The translations under genes were made by a program, and so were the position numbers. The notes below the pieces were generated by a model. It had not been told where the DNA came from. It saw nothing but the letters and a program-made list of their open reading frames with translations, and did no database searches. A DNA stretch of 64,000 nucleotides from Convolutriloba macropyga (Eukaryota), in the NCBI RefSeq assembly GCF_964194025.1, contig NC_134472.1:62496001-62560000 (forward strand), written 5' to 3'. Positions 37,001-49,000 of this stretch are shown piece after piece (the first letter of the stretch is position 1; each line of letters begins with the position of its first letter).

Positions 37001-40000
37001 TGTTTGGTGTGTAATGTTACTTTGAGGTGGATTCAGTTGTTGCGGATTATGAGGCTTCGACATATGTAATTGACAAGGTACAGTGGAGCTTTTTGGACCC
37101 AAGAACTGATTTACCTGTGGGTTTGCTGAAAAATCAGGTACAAAAATGAAGTTCGTTGGTGCCATAACGGGTGTCGGTGGCCGAGGAGGTTGCATAGGTG
37201 GTTGAGGTGGTGGGAGTGCGACATTTTGTCCGTCGATTGGTACTTGGTTCACGTCACCACTGCCTGAGGGACTATGTGCCCTTTGATCAATGAGTGATTG
37301 CTGCAGTTGAGCCTGGCGATATTCCCGATACAAAGCTTCCTGCTGGGCAACAGAAATTGCAACTCTTGGCCGTGTGTACTGAGAAAGCATTTCAAGATGA
37401 TTTAAGTTATCGGCAACATTACTTGGGTTTTCTGGAGGATTACTAGGGGAAGTATCTTTAACAGGAGGGTCGGCGGTTGCTGAACCAGGACGAGAAAAGT
37501 TTAACTCACTTGAATTACCTGCTGGAAACGAATTTACCCAATCCTGAACAAGTCCCTGACTTCTATCTGATCCCCTATCTTTAAACAAATTCAGTTCACT
37601 TGAGCGTAGACTAAACAATGAGTGATTATCCATTAAATCAGCCTCATCTAATTTAGCTGCTGCAACACGCTGGCGGTGGTCTTCCTCCAATTCTTGAAGT
37701 GCCATCTGTTCCATTTGTATTTCAAGCTCCTTTTTTCTCATGGCAATTTCGTGTTTTTGTTTAGCGAGGCGCATGGCAGCTTGTTCTTGTTTCTCGGCCT
37801 CTTCGCGTTTTAGTTTTGCCATGAGAAATTCATGTTTACGCTGGCTAGACATTGTTGATGTTGTTCGGCGTGAACTTCTCTTAGATTGGCCTTGAGGATT
37901 AACGCCCTCACATACGGTGTCTCGGTCAGAAACTGAGTCAATATAGCTTCTAGCCGCAAGCAAGAATTTATCATTGTTCTTGGTTTAATCATCCAACCAT
38001 TGCTCAAGGACAGGGTAAATTGAATCTGGGTTCTCCGCTTTACTGGCTAAGTCAAATAGTTCTTCATTCTTCTGCACTAGTTTACTGAAAACATCCTTCA
38101 AGTTAGAATCCAAGCGTTCAACTTTAACCCTCCTGTCTTGACGATCTATGGCATCTGTGATGTCCATATGGATGTTACATAACTCAGATTCGAGATTAGA
38201 TCTTGCCCTAAAGAGCTTTTTCAATTTTTCTTGCTGTTCGGCCATGATATTGAAATGGCTAATTTATCAATGTAGAGTAACTTCCAACCAAACACGTGGA
38301 ATGAGGGTTATACCGAACCCAAACGACGATGACTTGATAATCAAGACGTCGAAGAGCAGAAAAGAAGTTACCGAGTGATGAATTAATCGGCCAAAGTGAG
38401 TAACAAAGTGGAGAGGGCGTCTAACGTGCTTGAAAGCAACGTGAGACAAAACAGGAATACATGCAACCGGGGAAAGAGGACTGGATGGAAGAAGCACGAC
38501 GAAACGGGAAACGAAGCGGACGGGGCGGAAAGGATGGGCGAACGGCTTGCAACGCAGCAGGGAACGGAATGGAACTGGAGAAAACGCGGGTAGTAAACGG
38601 GTAACGCAACGGACGGGACGGAAACGCTGAACGAGCGACGCACGAAGAAACGGGAAACGAGACGGACAGAACGTAGGGGTTGAGCGAGTAGCGCGCAACG
38701 AAACGGAAATACGGAAAGGAACGGGCGGGAGACGATTAAGCAACGAGCGGGGAGGTCGGGAAGTACTATGCTAGCAGACTACAGCAACAAACTCAACCAA
38801 ACAAACTAGACGTAACTCCAGAATAAACTTAAATCACACCCTAGGAAGGAGGAGAGATGCTACTGCAAGAGGCAAACTAGCACAAGTCATTATGGGGCTT
38901 AATATATACAAATAACGAACTAATTTACCACAAAGCAATAGTATACTAAATGGATGAAAAGAGCAACGAATTTACTAGCCGTAACTCCAGAATAAACTTA
39001 AGTCACACCCTAGCATTAATCAAACCTAAACAACCAATCAGCATACCAATAATATTAAACAAACTACAGCAAAAGTTAATTAATATGCAGCGCTTTTGTA
39101 GTCTATGAAGGCTGGGAAAGTGAAGAAACAATCTAGCCAAAACTCCAGAATAAACTTAAGTCACACCCTAGAAGGCAACAAACCAAACCAACTAACAATC
39201 ATACAGTTACACGCAAACATACAGCAGCAAAAACTAATATACTACAACAGGGGGGCTAGTAAATTAGTAAAGTTGAAAAAGTCCAGGACAATCCAGCCAT
39301 AACTCGAGAATAAACTTAAGTCACACCCTAGAAAGCTATAAGACCTAAACAACAAACCAGCATACTAGCATACTCAACTTACTACAGCAAAAGCAACAAC
39401 ATACTTCATCACATATGACATACTTCATCGAAAATCGGAAAAGTAGCGAAGAAAACGAAAAGCGAAGTTTTGGGAGAGCGACGTTATTGGAAAAAAACGG
39501 AACACGGAGAATTGGAAAGATAAAGAACGAAAAGAACGCGGACGAAAAACGGTATATAAACGAGCGACGAGAAAAATTATGGGAATTCGATAGTTTTTGT
39601 AGGCCGGAGGTTGTGAAAATTTTCACAACTTTTTCTGTGTAATAAGTTTCACTCAATTAACGAACCTTCTTGCTGGAATTATTTTTTTTTGACAAATTTG
39701 TCAAAATTTGATGCATTTGTCCAATTTTTCCAAATTTTGGTCAATTTTTTGCAAATTTTTGATTACGGAACGGTAATCCAGTAAAATGGATGGTTTTAAG
39801 CTTGAATATACGGTTTATCATTATTCGGTATTGATTTTCTAAAGTTTTCAGAATTGCATCAAAATTGACCAAAATTTTTCAAAATTGAACAATTTAGCAT
39901 AATGTTTTCTCGGTTTTCTCTATATCAGAGGTAATTTTTTGATATACGATCCCACTTAATCACATTTTACAAATTTTCGACAATTCGACCAAAAGTTTTT

Positions 40001-43000
40001 CGAAATCGATGTTTTTTCGTCTCAAAAATTATGTTTGTGCGGTTATTGGTGACGGACTATCTTTATCGATGAGCTAATCCGGTATTAATAATAAGGTATT
40101 ACATTCCTTTTAGGGGTTGGAGTTTGCCGTCTAAATTTAAAAGTTTAGCTAATGCAATAACGAGTTTAGTTCATGTGTGTTTTGTTTCTGTCTTACAGTT
40201 TTTTGCATCCACTCAATTTTGATTGTATGCATCTCCATCGACTGGGCTCAGTTTTTTCTCAACATCGGTGTTCTGGGAGAAGCTGGCACCTGGCCCCTCG
40301 AATCGCACATGAAATGGGAAACAGCTTCCCGATTAACCAGAACCCATGTTGTTTCGGCAGAGCACAAATTCTTTTTTGCTTCACCCACATGAGCGGTAGT
40401 AATCTCAACATTATCAGTAGGGTTTGAGTTCCCTACAGAGTCAGAGGACCAAAAGTAACAGCTCAAATAACTTAGCATTGTGTGTAATAGGAATAATTTT
40501 GTTAGGCAGAATGAAATATTGAATATTTTCTGATCAACTGCTTCGACGCTCGCCAAGTCAGATGTAGTTTGATGTACTTAGCCGGGAGCGGCACTAATAT
40601 TAACTCTGCTAAAAACAGAAGTTCGGAAGATTCAATGCAGACAATATATATAAACTCCGAAACGTACAAATCAACAACGTATAAGCATTAAGCGTTCAAT
40701 TCGACAACGTATTAGTATTATAACGTACATAGCAACAAGTGAGAGTTTAGACGGCAAGGTTTTTGATGCTCTTTTACTGGTTTTTTGTCTGATGTTTTTT
40801 GACGTCAGAATCGGTTCATAGTCGATCAACAATCGTCTAAAGAACCTAAAAATATTAAGCCGAAAACCGCCTTATTTGATACATATCATTGTATTATTTA
40901 CTTAAAATTAGGTTATACGAACTTTTCCGGAACCTTTTGTGTATATTAGACGCAATTCTATACGTAATTTAAATACTCGATTCTGATTGGCTAAGAAAAA
41001 TGACGCATTTTGGTATATTTCTTGCTTAGATTTATTTAGTTACTAACACGAGCCCCATTGAAGCCAAGAGACCATTCTTAACCGTTTTTGCAAACAAAAA
41101 ATAGCCAAGAATAACCGACATCCTGAACAATATAGTCAAAATCTTGAACAATTGAAAAATGACAACTTATTGCAGAATTTTTTCATGGACCTTTCGTCAT
41201 ACAGACTGTTGTTGTTTTCTTTTGGTATCTTGAATATCATGAAAAGAAGTTGCACAAAAATTTGCCCTCCATGGATGCAACTTTTATATTCTTGAATATT
41301 ATATCTATGACGAGTCGGAATCAAATAGCGAGTCGGAATCAAAATTTTTCTGGAATCAAATATCTCCAGACCGAAGATCATGAACGCACAAGGGGGGCGG
41401 CGCGCGTAATTAGTTACTCTGGAAATATCGAAAAACGCTCGAAAGTCTGAACATAAGCATTTTTGGTCTAGCAGTGTCTGGGTGTCCGTCTGGCACCGCA
41501 ACCAGTTCACGGCTCCACAGTGTATTCTAAAACTTTTATTCAATCTGTGTTAGTGGTGGGGATAAACAAATTATCATTCTGGAAGTTGATAAGCACACTT
41601 TAGAAAGCGCAATTGATCAATGGTTGAAAAAAATGGTGTCTCACCAATTTGTGTAGAATTTTGTTGGCCTCTTCAGAGAAACTTGTTGGTTCGTCGCTTG
41701 CATTGTCCATTTCACCATAATCAGAATTGATTTGTGTATATAGTTGTTCACGGTCATCAGGCACTTCCAACTCCCCCTCCTCGTCAAAGTTAGACTCAGA
41801 TTTGGACACTACAATTTACATACCAAATAAGGAAAGAGCTGGCACGAACCATGAAATTTGATCTCGAATTTTGCTTTCTGTAAATTTCATGGATGATAAA
41901 CTTTCATCTTGCAAGAACGCAAGAAAAAAACCGTTTTGCAAAAATTATTCAATTTCCTGCGAGATAGTCTAAAACTAACGCTTAGAATAATTATTTTTTT
42001 CTACAATATGTAAACTGGAAAGTCAAAGTTTTTTTTCAGAATAAATGGCTGATTCTTTTTATTCTCTATTTGATATATCATTTTTCTCTCTATCATCAAC
42101 AAAAAATATCTCCCGCAGCCCATCATCCCTGCTTAGTCTAGTTTTGTATGCTTCAAAACTAAAGTTTACTAAGCATACTTATGAATGATGCTATTGCTGT
42201 CATCATTGAAAACCAATCCTTATAGAAGCATGTAAACATATAAAAACATGTAAACATATATCACCAAATATTATAGTTATTACCTGTTCCCTGAGAAGGT
42301 TTGAGAGAGGGGTATGATTGCGATGATGCAGGCGTAGTTGGACTGATGCTGCTGATTTTTGTTGTCAATGTTGTTTTCAGCTGTTGTTGTTTGTTTTTCT
42401 GGAGGTGTTGTTTGTTTTCTCTTCTTTCCACCTCGGCTGAGCTGATCACACTCAGCAGCAGACAGATGAAGATTAGGGCAAATCTAAAATATCCAGACTA
42501 TAACAAATTGAACCCGTATCAAGTTCAAACCACATTTATTACAGACCACTAATCAGAATTTCAATTGTCCGAATTGAGATCCAGATCCTATTAGCTCCAG
42601 AACAATCACCTCTCCCGTCCCGTGCGCTATAAGAGGCTCTGATCAGATGATCCAAGCAAATTTGCTCCATTTTATAGCCTGATTCTATAAAATTTTTCTA
42701 CACACAAGGATAAATTTGAACTTCTTGGAATTCATTAATAGCCGCCGCCAGCCTCTCAAAGGATATTATTTAGGCGCTCTCCTTTTTGGCGCTCTCCTTT
42801 TTTACAATTCAAAGAGTTTGAATTGTATTGTATTGGTGCGCTGTCTTTTTTACGACTCGAAGAGGAGTTATGGTGATCTATTTTTTTAAATTCTTAATCG
42901 ATCCAGTTGTTCTAAATAAGGATGTAAAAGTCAATGTCGCACGTGCAAAAAATGTGGTTTTCCTTTGCTGCTTAACAAAAATGTCAAGTGAAGAGAAAAG

Positions 43001-46000
43001 AGATTGACGTTTTTGTTGATACCGGCCTTCAAAAGAGAGCAAAAAAAGTAAGTGTGAAAAAATTTGCACTAAGTGAGCAAAACTTTTTGACCTCGTGCGG
43101 CTTTTTTAAAGGAACTTTTTTTTATTGAAGCAAGCTCCAATTCGTCAGTTAAAAGTGTTTGCCTATATCATCTAAACCAGTAATTGTGCGTTTTTACTAT
43201 CTGAAGCAAATCATAAACCTTTATTTCGAATTTTGAGTTCTTTTTTTAAGTTTTTCAGTATTGGACACTCATATTAGCACTTTTTGTGTTGTATAACAAA
43301 TTTTAAAGACTTTGGGGAGTTTTTTGTTCTAAGTTAGTTTTTTCAGTTTTTGGCCATAATTCCATTTAATAATTATTAGTTCAGAATTGTTTTGTTACAG
43401 ATATTTGATTAACTTTAAGCAAATTTTGTCCGATTTTCTTTTTATAATTGTTTCCCTCTTCTGCGTTTGTGCTTCTCGATTGAGTTTTTCTTGTGCAATC
43501 TTTAATTTAGATATATTTTAGATGTGATCCTTGGAAAATTTCTTTGAAGTTTAGACAGTTCACTTTTCACTGAAATCAATAATGCCATTTCTAAAGGTTT
43601 TTTTAGTTAATCAAATGCTTGCTTCTTATTTAATGTTTCTTCCAATTACCTGTAATTATCAGTTTGACAAGATATTTCGCTAATAATTGTTTTGGAGTCC
43701 TCTGTTGCAGAGATTTTTAAATCAGATACTTTATCCAGTTTTTTAGATAGTTTTCAATTCTTAATTTTCCCTTTGGTTTTAATATAGTTAATATGATTCA
43801 GTAGGTGGTCCATTAAGTCAGTTAGGTGGCCAAATTTTTGTGCGAGTCGCTTCTGGATTCCTCCGGCTATATTTTAAGATCTGTTCACAACGTTTCTTAA
43901 TTTTTGAAGAGGAGTGAAGGTTTTGGTTACGCCCAAACAAGAAGTCGAGCAAAAAAGCTAGTGGTTTGGCGGGGTGAAATTTTGTGCTCCATTTTAAAGT
44001 AGAGTGAGAAAATGATGTATTGTTTAAACAATAATTAGCATTCTCGCTAGTTGGTTTTTTGTTCACATGCGGAATTTCGACTTTATTTTAGAATTTATTT
44101 CGATTATTGATCCGCCAATTTCTTTTAAATGCTTTTTCTCAATTTCATCCATAGTCCATTCTAGGTATAGTTTTTTGTTTAGTCAAGGAAACTTTTTTTT
44201 TGAATTGTATGTCAGGACTTGTCCTGTTTTGTTTTTTAATCGATATACCTATTGATTACGTTTTTTGTTTTACATAAGTCAAAATTTTCATGCTTGAATT
44301 TTGACTTATCTAACTCTCTGTTTCAACTGAATGGATTTTAAATTTTTCTACGCACTGAATTACGCAATGTAGTGAATTCGGTCAATGTCAAAAGAACATA
44401 ATTAAAAACAGCGAGGTAAACCAATTTAGCCCCATCAGCTTATATCAGTGTTAAGCTTAATAGTTTTCAGTTTAGAAATTGAATTAATGTTTTTAGGAAT
44501 CCATCTGAAACTGCACGCCAAATAAAAATTCTTTTTGACAGTGAAAAAAGAACAAAAAAATAGGTCAGTTATTATGTTATAAGTTTTCTTTTTCTGTTTT
44601 AACACCGATGTGCATCAAGTGCGCCAACGGCGGCTATTTTCCAGGCTATGTTAATTTTTTTCTATACAATACGTACGATCCCCTAGTTCGGCCAGAACAA
44701 TACGCAAAAATTAACAGCCATCCGCCGTCAAAGTACAGATTACATTCAAAACTAGTTACATTTTAAACCTAGAAACTGGTAGTTTAATTTAACTCATATA
44801 TGCTTCCCATATAAGTTTGAAGCCATTGGCGAAAATTCAATGCATATATTGTAACTGCTACTCTCATATCAATGATAAGGAAAACTTTACAAATTCCACT
44901 TCGTTTCCACGTCTTCAAATCTGTCCTCGTATTACAATTTTGCAGGTAACTTTTGCAAACTGTATCATCCCCTATAGTGTAAACTTTGGTCCCAACAAAA
45001 AATGGTTCAGTTTTTTTTAATACCAAATTAAGTAGCTTGAACAAATCAAAAATCAGAAAAAACAAATAACAGAACATTCGCTGAAATTTTTGCTTTTTTA
45101 AATCCTACAAAATTTCAACAGACAGGGGAATTATAAACTTCGTGATTATGAAATACCACAGAACAACTATTAGGTGTTCGAATAAGAAACTCAAACTTTG
45201 TTTAGGTGCTACATCTTTTTTTCATAAAGAACCTTATTAAATGTGCAATCTTTGTAAACTGTTTTTCTCTTTCAATGGAGTCAGATATCTATCACCCATG
45301 TAATCGCAATCAATTGAGGCAATCGAATGATCAAAGAATTAAGAATTAACTTTTTATCCGTTTTGTAACTCAATTGATTACAAACTTCGTCCTCCGTTGT
45401 AAAATTTGGAGGTTTTTTTGAAGTCTATTCTTCTAACAAAAATTCAAATTTAAAATAAACTATACAATCACTCCAAAATTTTTAACAGAGACAATACAAA
45501 ACAACCAGCAAAAAACTGCTCAAGTATGTCAAAGTAATATGACACAATTGTAAAAATTCAACTGGTTTTTGTCGTTTTCCAAGTTGTCCTTCTACTGCTA
45601 GTTACGTGGTTTTGCACGTCTTTTTCTAAAGGACAAAATTACACTTTTTTGGCTGTAGATAATGACCTCGACAGAATGTGATTGGTTTCCCATAACGTCA
45701 ATTTCCAGCGTAGAATTGGTGTACGTAAGAAGTCACGTACGCCTGAGGAACCGTGGATTATATTGTGCAAACAAATGAAACTGATGCGAACTTGCAACAT
45801 ACTTCCTGAGTCGTATATACGTTGTAAACCTAATCAGGTAATCGTGTTAGTAAAAGTAGATCGACGTCCAGTTTGAGTTCCAATTCAAGTATTTTTTTGA
45901 AATATTGATAGTAGTTATTAAATTCATTTACAAACGTGAATAAATTGACAGTAATCTTAAAAAGACTATTTATTTCCGGTTATTTCACTTCTGCTGTTTG

Positions 46001-49000
46001 TTTTGTCCTTGAATGAATTTCCTTTTTAGCAAGCTTGGCTGCAACATCGCTGGCCGTGTTCTTCATCGTGAAAAGATCATTTTGTATCGGTAGTGCACGA
46101 GAGCGCTCCCTACTGCTCTTTTGTTAACTCCGTCGTTTGTTCGAGCTTCTGTCGATCGAATCGCACCGTCTTTGATGATATCTGACATTTGAGATAGATT
46201 ACAATATCCTTGCTTATCACAGCCTCCGGTCACCCAAAGTAAATTGCCCTCCTTAAGAATTTCTTGTGCCGTGGATCGCAATTTTTGCAGATGATTGTTG
46301 GTCAGTAAAATTTACACGCATCTCAAGGATAATCGTAAGCTAGAAAAATTTTTCGGCGCATGAAAATTAGGGTAAGCACAAACTCGTGTTTGCGAGCATA
46401 ATTTGAATGAGATTCGATGTCTCTAAGCCATCAACGGTCTGGCCTTCAATGTGCGGCCAACAGGACAAATCCTATTTGAGAGAAAACAAATCGCCAGCAA
46501 CTGAACGGTTCCCCGACAGCTAGTACATTGCTTTCGTGCATCCCGTTGAAATAATCTGAGCGAAATCGCTCGAAATTAAACTGAGTTCTGATAGTTTTTC
46601 TGGCTCTTCTTCTAGTGCTATTCACGTGGTTGTACATGTCAAACCTGCATCCCTCATTGGCTGTAGGTATCGATTTCAACATAGTGTGAGTTGTTTTACA
46701 TAACATCACTTTTTCAGTTTGTTGGCGTCATAGGATGCAACGTACCTGTGTTGAGCAATTTAATATTCTGAACAAGTGCAAGAATTCGTCGCAATTCAAC
46801 CGTAAAGAATCTGATGCGAAAGTACTTCTTAAGCCGTATATAAATGCAACACTAATCTGGTGACAGTGAAAGTAGATCTAGTTCCGGTTTAAGTTCCACT
46901 TGTGTTATATTCAATTTTTAAAACTAGCTTCTAAATATTTTGTCAAACTGAAGAATTCTGTAGAGCTTTGATTAGAAATAAGCGTTAAAATTGTGCTTGT
47001 CATGCTATTTTGAATCTGCTGTTTAATTTCCCCTGACTGCGCTCGCTTTTTATTAGTAAGCTTGGCTCCAGTAGAGAAAAAGTTAAGCTCACGTTGGTGC
47101 AAAATTCCGTCACGCAAATGATAACCTTTCATATTTATGAGGAGAGTTTCAGGCGAGCCCGAAGTAAACCAAAGTAGAAATACACAGAGAAAAAAGAAAG
47201 CCGACAGTTATGTAAAAAATCATATAATCTCAGGAAAATTTAACGGTAGCAATTGTTACATTTGGAACAAAATCAACTTTAAGTGCAAGAAATTACAAGA
47301 CTCTAAAACCGACTCTAAGGTACTTCTAACCTTGCGCATCTTATAACTGTTGCTTTGCTATGAATATCAGAATCTTTTTTCAACTCGAAGACAATGCATG
47401 ACCTCACTGATGAGATTGGATAACTGATTCGAAAAGCTACTCAAAGTTTTAAAACCATTTTGTCAAATTTCTAAAAATATGAATCAGTCTGTTGTGTTGC
47501 AAACAGCAACATAAGAAATTTAGCAAACATTCTATAAAAGGAATACAGAGGCAAAAAAAAAACATTTTGCCTCCGTCAGTTAAAGGACAAAAGCGTCAGT
47601 TAAAGGAGCCACTGAGATCTCTTAAATCTTATCTGAGATCTCTTAAATCGTATTAGTTCTTTACAATCGCCTTGCACAATGAGCTATTTGGACAAACTTT
47701 TGAAAGCCCGCCAGTGCATCAGATTTTCAACGACAGTTATTTTCTCATCATTGTTTAAAGAGTTGCAAAACTTCTCACCTCTTACTCTGAAACTCATAAA
47801 AAACCTATCTCAACTTCAACTTTTTTCACCACAAAATTGCATTTTATTAAATCTGAGCTTCTTTTTTCTCAAAAGTAGGCATAATATATTTTTTGTGAGA
47901 GCTGGCTACCATGATCAATGGTTGGCAGGAATCGTGCAATTTCTCAGCTCATGAAAAACCAACCTTGAAATTTGCCCAACCTAAAAATAAATTCTGACTT
48001 TAAAACCACCGAAATCATTTTAAATTGATAAGAAAGGTTGAATGAGTAAATATTGGTTTTCATTTGGTATCCCTAAGAAGACGGGATCCTTGGTTTATTA
48101 ACCGGCAGCCGGGTTCCTTCCAAGAGAATAATAGTGAGGATACTCTGGACGCATGATGGCCTGCTCGTAGAAGATTTGGATAGCTATGTTAACTCAAGTA
48201 GATTAGACGGTTGAAGCAAGTATAGACTCTTCGCTTCAGCTTCTTTGCTTTTCTTGTTTGTTAGTTGACCCAGCATATGGTTACTTGAATTGAGAACCTG
48301 GAGTGATTCCCACTCTTAGAGTAACCGTTCTATTTAATTGCAAGTAACATAATTGAGAATCATAGTATATCACTCAAAATAGGCATACATGAAACGTATT
48401 TATATTTTAAACTGTTCGTGATTGAGCGAAGAACTATAACGCTTCAATCTTCACTTTAAGATTGAATGAAGGGCTTGCTATAACCCTGCTTTCCATTTAA
48501 GAGCAATAGGCTTGTGAAATTACTAGCCTTTACAGTATTTGTTTATTCCACTAAGAAGACTTGTGGAGTTGTGATAAGGATCGACCTCCGTCCTAAATAT
48601 ACAAATTCTATATATGACCAGTCGAGGCCACATCAATGGTTCTTGGGACGGATTTTAGGCTTTTTGAGCGAATAAATTTCACGATGAATTGCTGTTGATT
48701 TCACGGCTTTTTTGATAATTTGCGGACGAATTTCTGTCGGTTTTTTTTGTCTGGTTGTATTGCGGAATGAACTGCGACGAAATCTTCGCTTCAGTTTCTT
48801 TGCTTCTTCAGTTAGTTAGTTGAATTGAGAAGTCATGCGTTTTCCGGACTTAATTTTGACAATTTTTGGCTATTTTTGAATTTTTCCTGACCTATTTATC
48901 CTTTTTTATACTACGAACTCCTACGGCGATTAGAAATAATTTAGTATACTCATATCAACAGATAACAAGCAAACCGGATCTTTTCCGCTAGCGCCCCCCC

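Larger units (their letters stand above)
30968..41048 (-). mobile_element. Full-length BEL/Pao LTR retrotransposon in KCNQ intron 3, same orientation as the gene
   Basis: Paired ~452-bp LTRs; 5-bp TSD CGAGC at 30963-30967 and 41049-41053; PBS, PPT, and gag-PR-RT-RH-IN domain order. Confidence 0.97.

Noticed and set aside
38267-38743. 158-aa Arg/Pro/Phe-rich ORF and overlapping ORFs
   Set aside because: The A-poor composition suppresses stop codons; non-ATG start; no recognisable domain.
38806-39331. CRISPR array call for the four repeats
   Set aside because: Eukaryotic retrotransposon context, no cas genes, and spacers of ~125 nt that are partly related to each other. Kept as a repeat-spacer finding only.
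40248-40556. 102-aa ORF just after the PBS as an accessory gene
   Set aside because: TTG start, no recognisable motif; cannot be supported without other copies.
47400-47460. CTGATGA...CGAAA hammerhead-like words
   Set aside because: Stem II is out of register and no stem I can be formed.
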